Shown: in pieces, positions 27,222 through 36,274 of the stretch
Layout of the letters: the number at the start of each line of letters is the position of its first letter
Numbering within the stretch: position 1 is the first letter of the stretch
IMG/VR virus record: IMGVR_UViG_3300028840_000942
Coordinates: 1-52,175 of that record
Length of the DNA: 52,175 nt
Reading direction: 5' to 3' (one strand)
Origin: a virus
Lineage: Duplodnaviria > Caudoviricetes
The notes under the pieces: generated by a model
Told to the model about the DNA's origin: nothing
Databases searched by the model: none
Seen by the model: only the letters and a program-made list of their open reading frames with translations
Translations under genes and position numbers: made by a program

Positions 27222-29965
27222 AACGCCTAGTCTTTTGTTTATTCCTGTTTTTACTTGGGTCATTTCTGTATGCTGATACCCATACTGCTGCGAGTCTGTC
27301 ACAATCAGATATTCAGGCTGCCATAGATGCCGCTGATGAGGGGGATTCGGTTCAACTGCCTGCGGGTACGTATTCCTCATTTAATGGTACAGTTACCATA
27401 AATGTTGCCAACCTGACAATCTATGGGCAGGGTAGTAGCTCTACAATCATCCAATCCAACACAGTACAAAATCAGAATGCTCCATTGTTTCTCATCGCTG
27501 CTGATGATGTGGAGATGAAGGATTTCCAGATAGATGGCTACCCTGTGGCTAGTGGCGTAGGGTGGGGTGTCAATATCAAAATAGAAGGTGGCACAAATTT
27601 TGACATCCACGACATGATAATTACGGATAATGATTTTGCGGGTATCTACGTGAAGGAATATCCCTGTGATGGGGTTATCTGGAACTGCACTATTACTGAC
27701 ATAGACTGTAACGGACTGGGTTATGGTGTCGCCCATTATGCTGAAGCATCTGGAGAATCTAGTGCTGCGGGAACGCAAGGTAATTTATCTCGAAGTGATG
27801 CCCTGGTTTTAGGTACGTCTGATGGTGTCTATATTGAGGATTGCACATTCACCAACTGTCGGCATTTTGTAACAGCACAGGCAGGCGGTAGGTATATCTT
27901 ACGCTACTGTACGCTAAATGCAAACTGGTCTATTGGCTCTATACAGGGGTTGGACACACATGGTCCTGACGAGTATGGGCGAGGCGGTAGGAAAATTGAG
28001 ATTTATGAGAATACCTATATCCGTACTGATGGTGGTAACGATTATTTCTTTATACTCTCGTCTGGTAGCGGTGTCATCTATAATAATACCATTACAGGGT
28101 TAGAGGCTGATTACCGATTTGGGTATATCTCCCATCCGTGCTGTACGGCCAATGATTGTTTAGATGCCTTCACCATCCGGTACACAGGGGCAGAGGCAAC
28201 CACTCTGACAATCTCTGGCAGTACCATGACCATAGATTGTACCAACGATACCTACGACCATACCATTGATTTATCTAATGCCAGTTATGACACATTCGCT
28301 GAATTAGTGGCGGCTATCAACGGGTATGATAATTACACCTGCACGATAACACATGAGAGGAATCAGCATCATGCTTCTACAGAATTATCCGCCATATCTG
28401 GTCAGGATATTCAATCGGCTAATTATATAGTCACGCATGACCAGCCTCTCAGGGATGAACTGGATGCCCTATATATCTGGGGTAATAAAGTTAATGGGGA
28501 ATCACACAATACTCCTCGACAGGTGAGTGCCTGTAATGATGAAGACGGCAATCCCTATTGGACGGTAAATGTTGAGTGGTTTGAATCAGAGATGCCACTT
28601 TACACGGCTTATACTTATCCACACCCAGCCAGAGAGTCTAGCCCTGCTGATACAGGATTTACATGGACTTCAGCAGATGATTCCAATAGTGCTGTAACAT
28701 CCATAAAGAACCAGTTTACGGAATCACCTCCAGGCGGTACGGAATGTAACGTCTGTTGGGCGTTTGCTACAGTAGCTTGTTTCGAGTCTGCTCTTATGCT
28801 TCCGAGTAGCGGTAGCGTTGGAGATCCTGGTAACACCATTGACTTGGCAGAGCAATTCCTTAAAGAGTGTCGCCAAGATGGATATGATGGGTGTAACAAC
28901 GGAACCATCCATCTGGGGTTTGGCATTATGAGTACACAGGGTATTGTGTTGGAGAGTTGCGAAGCCTTTACATTTACTGATGATGCTTGCAATGCAGGTA
29001 GTTGTTCTCCGCAATATCTATTGACGGGGTACAGGTATGGTGGTACTACGCCAGCGGCTATTAAGCAGAGTCTCTATGATTATGGTCCGATGGTTACGGA
29101 TATGGATGCTTCTTTTGACCTTGATGGGACCGCTCCGTTTGATACTTCGGATTTCATTTATAACTATGACGGTACTTGTGTCGCTTATCATAATGAAACA
29201 GAGAGTACGAACCATACAGTTCTGATTGTGGGGTATGGTGATAGTCCCAGAGATAGGTGTTCTAGTGGTTCTAGTACAGACTACTGGATAGTTAAAAACA
29301 GTTTTGGAACCAGTTGGGGGTCTAGCGGATATTTTTACATGGATGCGTATAGAAGTGGAGGCACAAACCACGATGCCAATGTAGGCTCTGGGGCATGGTA
29401 CATCAGTAATTGGGAAACATGGGATTCCAGCCGTGTTATCAATTATTATGATGAGAGTGGTTGGGGCACACAGATAGGCGGGGCGACTACTTATTATGGG
29501 TTATGCAAATACACGGCATCTCAGCATCAGTCGGTGGATGCTGTTATGTTCTATGCGCCTAATGGTGAGTCCTGCACCTACACCATTTATATTTACGACT
29601 CATTTGATGGTACGGACCTGGGGAGTGAGTTAACCTCTCAGAGTTCTACCATATCGAATGCGGGGCTTTATACGATTTATTTGGATTCCCCGCAGAATTT
29701 CAATAAAGATGACCAGATTGTAGTGGTTCTCAAGATGGTCTATTCCACATATACCACACCAATAGCGATAGATGATGACACCACATCCAACGAATCAGGC
29801 AAATGCTATGTGAGTGCTACGGGGGCTTCTGGAACATGGACTGATGTTGGCAGTTCCAATTCGGCAGATGTTTGTTTACGGACATTGGGTGAGAGTCAGG
29901 GCGCTGTCATTATAGGTGGTACACAGAGCATCAAGGGAACGGTAATTATCAAGGAAGAAAAATGA
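27218..29965 (+). CDS. Signal peptide + beta-helix + papain-family (C1A) cysteine peptidase + lectin-like domain
   Basis: MKRLVFCLFLFLLGSFLYA-D; IQAAIDAA..GD.V.LPAGTY; catalytic set KNQ, CWAF, NHTVLIVGYG, YWIVKNSFGTSWG..GYF; YYDESGW lectin-like start. Confidence 0.88.
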   Translation: MKRLVFCLFLFLLGSFLYADTHTAASLSQSDIQAAIDAADEGDSVQLPAGTYSSFNGTVTINVANLTIYGQGSSSTIIQSNTVQNQNAPLFLIAADDVEMKDFQIDGYPVASGVGWGVNIKIEGGTNFDIHDMIITDNDFAGIYVKEYPCDGVIWNCTITDIDCNGLGYGVAHYAEASGESSAAGTQGNLSRSDALVLGTSDGVYIEDCTFTNCRHFVTAQAGGRYILRYCTLNANWSIGSIQGLDTHGPDEYGRGGRKIEIYENTYIRTDGGNDYFFILSSGSGVIYNNTITGLEADYRFGYISHPCCTANDCLDAFTIRYTGAEATTLTISGSTMTIDCTNDTYDHTIDLSNASYDTFAELVAAINGYDNYTCTITHERNQHHASTELSAISGQDIQSANYIVTHDQPLRDELDALYIWGNKVNGESHNTPRQVSACNDEDGNPYWTVNVEWFESEMPLYTAYTYPHPARESSPADTGFTWTSADDSNSAVTSIKNQFTESPPGGTECNVCWAFATVACFESALMLPSSGSVGDPGNTIDLAEQFLKECRQDGYDGCNNGTIHLGFGIMSTQGIVLESCEAFTFTDDACNAGSCSPQYLLTGYRYGGTTPAAIKQSLYDYGPMVTDMDASFDLDGTAPFDTSDFIYNYDGTCVAYHNETESTNHTVLIVGYGDSPRDRCSSGSSTDYWIVKNSFGTSWGSSGYFYMDAYRSGGTNHDANVGSGAWYISNWETWDSSRVINYYDESGWGTQIGGATTYYGLCKYTASQHQSVDAVMFYAPNGESCTYTIYIYDSFDGTDLGSELTSQSSTISNAGLYTIYLDSPQNFNKDDQIVVVLKMVYSTYTTPIAIDDDTTSNESGKCYVSATGASGTWTDVGSSNSADVCLRTLGESQGAVIIGGTQSIKGTVIIKEEK

Positions 29966-30135
29966 CAATCTTGGACACAAGCACACCGCTGAAAATCAAG
30001 CACATTATCATTGTTTTCATCGCCGCCAGCGTTATATTTTTTGGGTATTCAATGTATAAACAGGTAAAACTCAATCAAAACAATATTGAGGTCATGGTTG
30101 AGTTTCTACAAAAGGCGAGTCAGCCACAGAAATGA
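29962..30135 (+). CDS. 57-aa single-TM protein
   Basis: Manual translation MTILDTSTPLKIKHIIIVFIAASVIFFGYSMYKQVK...; ATGA overlaps at both ends. Confidence 0.65.
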   Translation: MTILDTSTPLKIKHIIIVFIAASVIFFGYSMYKQVKLNQNNIEVMVEFLQKASQPQK

Positions 30136-30797
30136 AACTAGGCGACCCTCCCAAGACTCACGAAAACCTTGATGAGAAGTGGTATGAGTGTTACCTGTGC
30201 GGGGGTGCCCATACCGCTGCTACTGATTTATTGACGAATGGTGATTTTACCTCTGCCACCACAGGGTGGACAGCAGGGAACTCAGCATCCCTCAGTAGCA
30301 CAACAGGCGGCACATTCAGTAGCAACTGCCTGACTATTACTGAGGCGGGGGTAGATACTCCGCAGGCTTACCAGACGGTAACGGTGGTAGCGGAAACTGG
30401 GCATAAGATAGATTATTGGGAAAAGCGTGGTACCGCATATAAGTACCGAGTGCGTGTTTATGACGCTACCAATGGGGCGGACATAACCTCTACAGCGTGG
30501 AAAGACGGGAGTGAAGACTGGGCAGGACATACAATCCGTTTTGTTACTCCGGCATCCTGCGTGAGTGCAACCGTGTACTTAGAACATAATGGAATCTCTG
30601 GGGATACTACCACGTTCCAGTTTGACAGAGTTTACCTGTACGGCGACCACGGAGAATCAGCGCCCCAGTATCCAGAATCCATGACGATACTGGCGACTGA
30701 AGACGGGCATAGGTACTGCCTGGACCATTACCATTGGCGATTCCACCATAAAGCCATAGATGATACGGAAATAGAAATTTCAGACGATTTGGAGTGA
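30132..30797 (+). CDS. Carbohydrate-binding (CBM4/9-like) domain inserted in a Zn-finger protein
   Basis: CYLC, then LL.NGDF....GW...FD.V.L, then YCLDH. Confidence 0.65.
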   Translation: MKLGDPPKTHENLDEKWYECYLCGGAHTAATDLLTNGDFTSATTGWTAGNSASLSSTTGGTFSSNCLTITEAGVDTPQAYQTVTVVAETGHKIDYWEKRGTAYKYRVRVYDATNGADITSTAWKDGSEDWAGHTIRFVTPASCVSATVYLEHNGISGDTTTFQFDRVYLYGDHGESAPQYPESMTILATEDGHRYCLDHYHWRFHHKAIDDTEIEISDDLE

Positions 30798-30800
30798 TAA

Positions 30801-31136
30801 GTGAAGTTACCTGAAGAAGAGAAAGTAGAGCAGTTAGAGCCTGAAGATTTAAAGTTACGCCCGGTTGATAAGTATTTATTTGTTGAGTTAGACCCGAAAC
30901 ATGAGAAGGCGGGGGAGATTTGGTTATCTCAGAAACAAAATCAACCTACAAGGGTTGCGACAATTAAGGCTATCGGTCCCAATGTGGATGTTGACAGATA
31001 CAAGTACAAAGTCGGGGATAAGATAGTCATTGATTTTTGGGCGGGGCATAACATAAGACTGCCCAAGTATAAGATATTTGAAGGAACCCACAAAATGGTA
31101 CCAGAGAATGAGATATGGTCCTTCATAGACGAATAG
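30801..31136 (+). CDS. groES: Co-chaperonin GroES-like protein
   Basis: LRPVDKYLFVE...GEIWL...AIGP.V...KVGDKI...ENEI. Confidence 0.8.
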   Translation: MKLPEEEKVEQLEPEDLKLRPVDKYLFVELDPKHEKAGEIWLSQKQNQPTRVATIKAIGPNVDVDRYKYKVGDKIVIDFWAGHNIRLPKYKIFEGTHKMVPENEIWSFIDE

Positions 31137-31146
31137 GGGGATAGAT

Positions 31147-31818
31147 GTGGGTGTTAAGACATTCGCCGTTTTTAAAACGGATTTACTGTTAGAACTCGGT
31201 CAGCGGGACGACCTAGATTCATACACAGGCGGATTCGTTAATGCCGCCTATATGAAGATTTGCACTCAGGATAGATTCTGGGGACTCCGCAAGTCTTTCA
31301 ATTTCCCCGAATTGGATGCTAGTGATACATCTCAGGCAACAACCGATGGTACGGCTTATGTTGATGTGCCGTCTGATGCCTTATTGATATACACCGTTTT
31401 TGATGAAACGAATAACACTAAATTAAAGAATATCAGTAAGCGGAGATACTGGAGTTATGACGATAGGGATACCGCTACCGCAGAGGGGGAACCTACGGAA
31501 TGGGTAAGGATAGGGGATTACATCTATTTATACCCGACTCCTGATGATGAGTACGACTTGGATATTCTTTACCGGAAACGCCCCACTCTTTTGACGGGTA
31601 CGGGTGCAACGGTACTCGGTGATGAATGGGATGAGATTATCCTTCAGACGGCGGTAATCATCGCCCACATGAAACTGGGGGAGTTTGATAAAGCGGAAGC
31701 CAAGAAAGCGGAATGGCTGGATGCTGTTGGTGGGTTAATCGGCATCTATGACCAGGAAGAGTTGGACAGGAAAGATATACGTAGTTTGAACTACGGGTAC
31801 AAGAATCGTAAATACTAA
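31147..31818 (+). CDS. Head-tail adaptor protein
   Basis: G.P..W......LYPTPD..Y.L...Y...P..L motif. Confidence 0.75.
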   Translation: MGVKTFAVFKTDLLLELGQRDDLDSYTGGFVNAAYMKICTQDRFWGLRKSFNFPELDASDTSQATTDGTAYVDVPSDALLIYTVFDETNNTKLKNISKRRYWSYDDRDTATAEGEPTEWVRIGDYIYLYPTPDDEYDLDILYRKRPTLLTGTGATVLGDEWDEIILQTAVIIAHMKLGEFDKAEAKKAEWLDAVGGLIGIYDQEELDRKDIRSLNYGYKNRKY

Positions 31819-33590
31819 TGCCTAGACGAAAGTATGTTATCCGCCCGATAGGGGCAAGTGTAGATGAAAGTGTTGACCCCTTTCTGTTGCCTGCGGGTTA
31901 TGGTGCGTGGGGTACTGAGAATATCAAGATTGACCGCCATGTAGCTAAGAAGCGGTGGGGGTACACTCAGGATAGAAGTGCTGGGTTTGTTTATGGTATT
32001 GCCGATTTTAACCTAAAAGATGGCACGACATACAATCTGTTTTTTAACCTGTATGACCTTTGTTGTCGCAAGACAGGTGGTAGTGAAACCTATTCGTACA
32101 TTACAGAAACCTTAAACTACGATGCTAAAATTGACTCTATTACGGATGCCGCCAATTCTGTAGTTACCTTCAAGGCAGGCACCACTATCCAGAGTGATGG
32201 AGCAGCGGCAGGTGATGCATTTATTTTAGATGATGACCACACCCCCAATGCGGAAGACGATACGGCATGGTTGGCTATTAAGACGGTTGATGGCGAAACT
32301 CAGTGTACCTTAGATGGGAACTATGCAACTAACGGCACGACTGGCTCATGGACCGGTTCAGAGAAGAGTGGGCTAATCCGCCAGAAATACAATTATGATG
32401 TACCTACCGATGCGGATGGGGGATGTGGGGAATACCGATGGAATTGGGCTGTTGTAGATGATAAGTTCTGTTTTACCAATCAAGGTGTAGATGTTCAATA
32501 CTGGGCAGGTACAGGGTATGCCGCCGCACTCGATTCCACTAATGCCAAAGGTGCTAAATACTGTATTGAGTACGCAGACAGATTGGTACTCGCCAATACC
32601 GAGGAAAGTGGCAACCGTTCACCTACGACTGTACGGTGGTCTAAGAATGGCGACCCTACCGACTGGACAGACTCCACAGCGGGGTCGGTAGATTTGCTGG
32701 AGAGTGAAGAGGCAATAACGGGGCTTGGTAAAGTTGGTAATGACCTAGTTGTTTTCAAGCGAAATTCTATTGTATTCGGTAGCCGTAGCGGCATATCAAC
32801 ATCACCTATTATTTTCCCACGGCAGATAGCGGGTATCGGGTGTATTGCACCTTATTCTATTGTTCATGCAATGGGTACTGTCTGGTGGGTAGGGGCTGAC
32901 AATATTTACAAGATGGTAGGCTCACAACCTGTGCCAGTAGGTGGTTTGAACTCTCAGATTAGAAATAAAATATTTGATAATTATGTTGCCGCTTCAATGG
33001 TGGGTCATACTGTCGGGGCACACAATCCTATTGAGCATGAAATTCTGTGGTCTTTTGAGCTTTCTGGTCCTGACATTATGATTGTAGCCTATGATTACAT
33101 AAATGACAATTGGAATGTCTATGACTTAGCCGACAATATGTTGTCTGGTGGGAAGTGGTATATCTCAGGGGACAGGTTCTATATCGGCGGTCATACCAAT
33201 AGTATCTGTAGAGTATTAAGTACGACCCGCAACGATAATAGTACCGCAATAGCCTCCACATGGCAGACGGGTATCACCGACTTCTCAGACCAAGACCCTG
33301 CAGCACATGGAAGATGGAAGACTGTTTATGGGGCAAGACTCATCTACCGTGATAAGACTACCAATGCGGTGTTCGTGGGTTCTATACGCCCTGATGGTGG
33401 CTCATGGACGGATGACTCTGAAACGGTTGGTACTGCCAGCGATGATGTCAAGTCGATAGACTTCCATTGGATTAAGACGGCACATACCTTTGACTTTAAA
33501 CTTTATAACAGTTCGGCTACCGCCAACTTTGAGTGGCTGTCATTAGAGATATTCTATGAACTTGGGGGAGAGTTCTTTAACGTATCATGA
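31818..33590 (+). CDS. Tail nozzle / P22 gp10-like packaged DNA stabilisation protein
   Basis: Beta-propeller; VRWS...DP.DW, LVVFK..SI, IGCIAP.SI motifs. Confidence 0.8.
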   Translation: MPRRKYVIRPIGASVDESVDPFLLPAGYGAWGTENIKIDRHVAKKRWGYTQDRSAGFVYGIADFNLKDGTTYNLFFNLYDLCCRKTGGSETYSYITETLNYDAKIDSITDAANSVVTFKAGTTIQSDGAAAGDAFILDDDHTPNAEDDTAWLAIKTVDGETQCTLDGNYATNGTTGSWTGSEKSGLIRQKYNYDVPTDADGGCGEYRWNWAVVDDKFCFTNQGVDVQYWAGTGYAAALDSTNAKGAKYCIEYADRLVLANTEESGNRSPTTVRWSKNGDPTDWTDSTAGSVDLLESEEAITGLGKVGNDLVVFKRNSIVFGSRSGISTSPIIFPRQIAGIGCIAPYSIVHAMGTVWWVGADNIYKMVGSQPVPVGGLNSQIRNKIFDNYVAASMVGHTVGAHNPIEHEILWSFELSGPDIMIVAYDYINDNWNVYDLADNMLSGGKWYISGDRFYIGGHTNSICRVLSTTRNDNSTAIASTWQTGITDFSDQDPAAHGRWKTVYGARLIYRDKTTNAVFVGSIRPDGGSWTDDSETVGTASDDVKSIDFHWIKTAHTFDFKLYNSSATANFEWLSLEIFYELGGEFFNVS

Positions 33591-34189
33591 CCATCGAGCG
33601 TGTTCGACAATTTGAGTATCCCTTCGGGATAGATGACCCGAAGATACACCGCTATCTTGAGTATCTTTACCGTGCCTTACAGGAAGAAGCGGTACAGCGG
33701 ATTGAGGACATTGAGAACGAGTTATCCCTGCATCTCAATACGACTCATCATGTACCCAAGACGCTTATTGGTGCGAGTGCTTATGCGGCTGTTGACCAAG
33801 AGAACCTTACGGATGCGACACTGACTAAAGTTACCCTTGGCACAGAAGAGTATGACTTGGGTGCTGATTTCGCAGGTAGTAAATTTACTGCCCCGATTGC
33901 CGGTTATTACCATGTATCCGGTCAGGTAAGGTTTAAAAATATTGTAGCGGATAAGCGGTATGCAGCTTGCATATATGAAGGCGGGGACACAGAAGAAGCA
34001 TTGGCAATTAGTCATACTGGGGCAGACACCAACCCGATTGCTGTGCCTGTGAGTAAGACTATTTACCTCGCTGCTAGTGAGTACGTTGAATTATACGCCG
34101 CTGTCCATTGCGGGGTAAACACGGTAGATATTGCGGGCGGCAACAAGGAAGACACATTTATGAGTGTTCATCTATTGAGTGCGGCGTAA
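33587..34189 (+). CDS. Tail protein with C-terminal C1q-like domain
   Basis: FTAPIAGYYHVSGQV...L...EYVEL. Confidence 0.7.
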   Translation: MTIERVRQFEYPFGIDDPKIHRYLEYLYRALQEEAVQRIEDIENELSLHLNTTHHVPKTLIGASAYAAVDQENLTDATLTKVTLGTEEYDLGADFAGSKFTAPIAGYYHVSGQVRFKNIVADKRYAACIYEGGDTEEALAISHTGADTNPIAVPVSKTIYLAASEYVELYAAVHCGVNTVDIAGGNKEDTFMSVHLLSAA

Positions 34190-34608
34190 TGGGTATAATT
34201 TACGTGGCTAAGTACATACTCAGGTCTGAGTACCAGTGTAAGTGCTGTGCTGGTTTACCGCCCAGTTACACAGAACCGTATGATACATCGTTTGAAACAT
34301 TGTTTGATAGTTTTGCTCTCATACGAGAGCGATGGGGTACACCCCTTAACATAACGTCAGGGTATCGGTGTCCACGGCATAACGCCTCCATAGGTGGATA
34401 CCGCCTGTCGATGCATCAGTGGGGCTTGGCTTTAGATATAGACGTAGAGGATAGTCAAGTAGCCACTTTACATAACATTATTGAAGACGTAGCTCCTGAC
34501 CTGAGAGTGGGTAGATACCCAGGCTTCATTCATATTGATGTAGCCTATTTTGTTTACCCGAAAGCCAGTGAATCATGGCAGAAGGGCTACAGATGGAGAG
34601 AAATATGA
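34189..34608 (+). CDS. Peptidase M15A endolysin
   Basis: ITSGYRC..HN..IGG...S.H..GLA.DI...FIHID; start ATG 34189 overlaps the upstream TAA. Confidence 0.9.
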   Translation: MGIIYVAKYILRSEYQCKCCAGLPPSYTEPYDTSFETLFDSFALIRERWGTPLNITSGYRCPRHNASIGGYRLSMHQWGLALDIDVEDSQVATLHNIIEDVAPDLRVGRYPGFIHIDVAYFVYPKASESWQKGYRWREI

Positions 34609-35093
34609 ATTATTTAGGAGATATACCTAGTCAACGAAGACGGTTTTCTATGCCAGAGCCTCCGCAACCATCTCCACAGCCAGGACCACCTCAACCTCGC
34701 CCTATAGATGGTCCTATACCACAAGCTGGACCGCCTCGCCCTCGATGGATGGATGGGCCGATACCAAGTTCACAGCCTCGACCTCGATGGATTGATGGAC
34801 CGAGGTCATTCGCCAGTCAGTATGGTCCGCAAATTCAGCAGTTACAACAGAGATTTCCTGGTTTTGCAGGGCAGGCAAGGTCGGCATGGCAACAGATGAG
34901 GCAACAGCAGGGACCAGGATTCTGGCGGAATTACATTAACCCTAACCAGACGGCAGGGCAGAACTTCCCTGGATTCCTGAATATGTATAACCAGATGATG
35001 GGTGGACCGCCACCTCAGAGGTTTATGAATATCGCACAGAACAGAGGATGGGCACCGTCTAGTCAACCTAGACAGAGATGGATTGATAGGTAA
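34605..35093 (+). CDS. Pro/Gln-rich low-complexity protein with PRPRW(M/I)DGP repeats
   Basis: ATGA overlap with the endolysin; repeats visible. Confidence 0.6.
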   Translation: MNYLGDIPSQRRRFSMPEPPQPSPQPGPPQPRPIDGPIPQAGPPRPRWMDGPIPSSQPRPRWIDGPRSFASQYGPQIQQLQQRFPGFAGQARSAWQQMRQQQGPGFWRNYINPNQTAGQNFPGFLNMYNQMMGGPPPQRFMNIAQNRGWAPSSQPRQRWIDR

Positions 35094-35098
35094 GAACA

Positions 35099-35626
35099 AT
35101 GAAAGAAATCGACTGGGAAAGACTAAAGAATCCCCCCGAACCATTCAAGTTAGTAGTACCAGATTACAACAGCATTGAGTTTCACAAGAAGATTATCCGG
35201 TTGAAAGACCATTTACTGAACAAGTACCTGGAAACGAGTGACGAGCAACGCAATGAGCAGTATTTAGATTATGTGATTAAAGGCGGGTTCTTTGGTTGGG
35301 GTACGTCCATGTATGAGGTGGGCGACCTGGATGCCCTGGTTGGTTTCATTAATCCTATACTCGGTTTCAAGTGTGGGATGTCTTTAAATTTAATAGATAA
35401 GAAGATATGGGGAAAAGAGTTTATCCGTGCAGGGCGAAAGCTGATTGATATGTACATGGATGAGTTCGAGTTAAAGCGTATCAGTACGCAGACGGCAGAT
35501 CCGAAGATAGTGAAGGTCGCCAAGATGGTAGGCTTTAAAGAAGAAGGTGAACGCCCGATAGACTTTATGTGGAACGGTAAACTTCATCCCACGTATCTCC
35601 TCGGTCTTACGAGAGAGGAGAAATAA
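35099..35626 (+). CDS. GNAT-family acetyltransferase-like protein
   Basis: L.RI..........VGFKEEG..........G......LLGL.R.E (RimJ/RimL-like); typical podovirus position before the ejection genes. Confidence 0.75.
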   Translation: MKEIDWERLKNPPEPFKLVVPDYNSIEFHKKIIRLKDHLLNKYLETSDEQRNEQYLDYVIKGGFFGWGTSMYEVGDLDALVGFINPILGFKCGMSLNLIDKKIWGKEFIRAGRKLIDMYMDEFELKRISTQTADPKIVKVAKMVGFKEEGERPIDFMWNGKLHPTYLLGLTREEK

Positions 35627-35627
35627 T

Positions 35628-36080
35628 ATGTGTCAATGTTTCGGCGGAGAACCCGTTGATTTTGAGAATTTAAGATCGCCAGAACAACAGGCTATGATGC
35701 AGGGATTGTATCACATGATACTATCTGGCGGACAGCAGGGGACTACTCCATTCCCAGGGCAGTTAAACGCACCCATGACCGATATGCAGAAGATGGCAGC
35801 GAAGACTATGTCGGGTATCGGTGGCTACGGATGGGAACAGCAGAAGCCTCAGTATGAACCTGTACCCAATATGTTTAATCCTACTAATACCTGGAATTTG
35901 CCCGTCAGGGGAGATGGAGAGTCGCAGACACAAACCAATCCCATTACCCCCGCAGTTGACCCGCGTGTGATTGGGTTGATTAATGAAATACTCGGTGGCG
36001 GTGGGGGTGGCGACAGATTCCGCTATGACCCAGGCAATCACCCACGTAAAAAGGAAGACAGGAAACCCCAGCGGAAATGA
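35628..36080 (+). CDS. Putative ejection (DNA transfer) protein
   Basis: Gln/Gly/Met-rich; located after the GNAT gene. Confidence 0.5.
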   Translation: MCQCFGGEPVDFENLRSPEQQAMMQGLYHMILSGGQQGTTPFPGQLNAPMTDMQKMAAKTMSGIGGYGWEQQKPQYEPVPNMFNPTNTWNLPVRGDGESQTQTNPITPAVDPRVIGLINEILGGGGGGDRFRYDPGNHPRKKEDRKPQRK

Positions 36081-36274
36081 TAAAGAACCGCTTACATAAT
36101 ATAGCCCCGCACAACCCTATCCAAACACGGTATTTGAGGGGTATGCGACAGCCAAGCGGGGAATTGAAGACATCCTTTACGGATGCAGTAGAGAGGTTTG
36201 AGTTGGTAATGAAGGACTATAAGACCGTTTACGATAAGTATATGCAACCTCTCGAAGAGGTTTACCATGATTGA
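36077..36274 (+). CDS. Hypothetical protein
   Basis: Coupled 65-aa ORF. Confidence 0.55.
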   Translation: MIKNRLHNIAPHNPIQTRYLRGMRQPSGELKTSFTDAVERFELVMKDYKTVYDKYMQPLEEVYHD

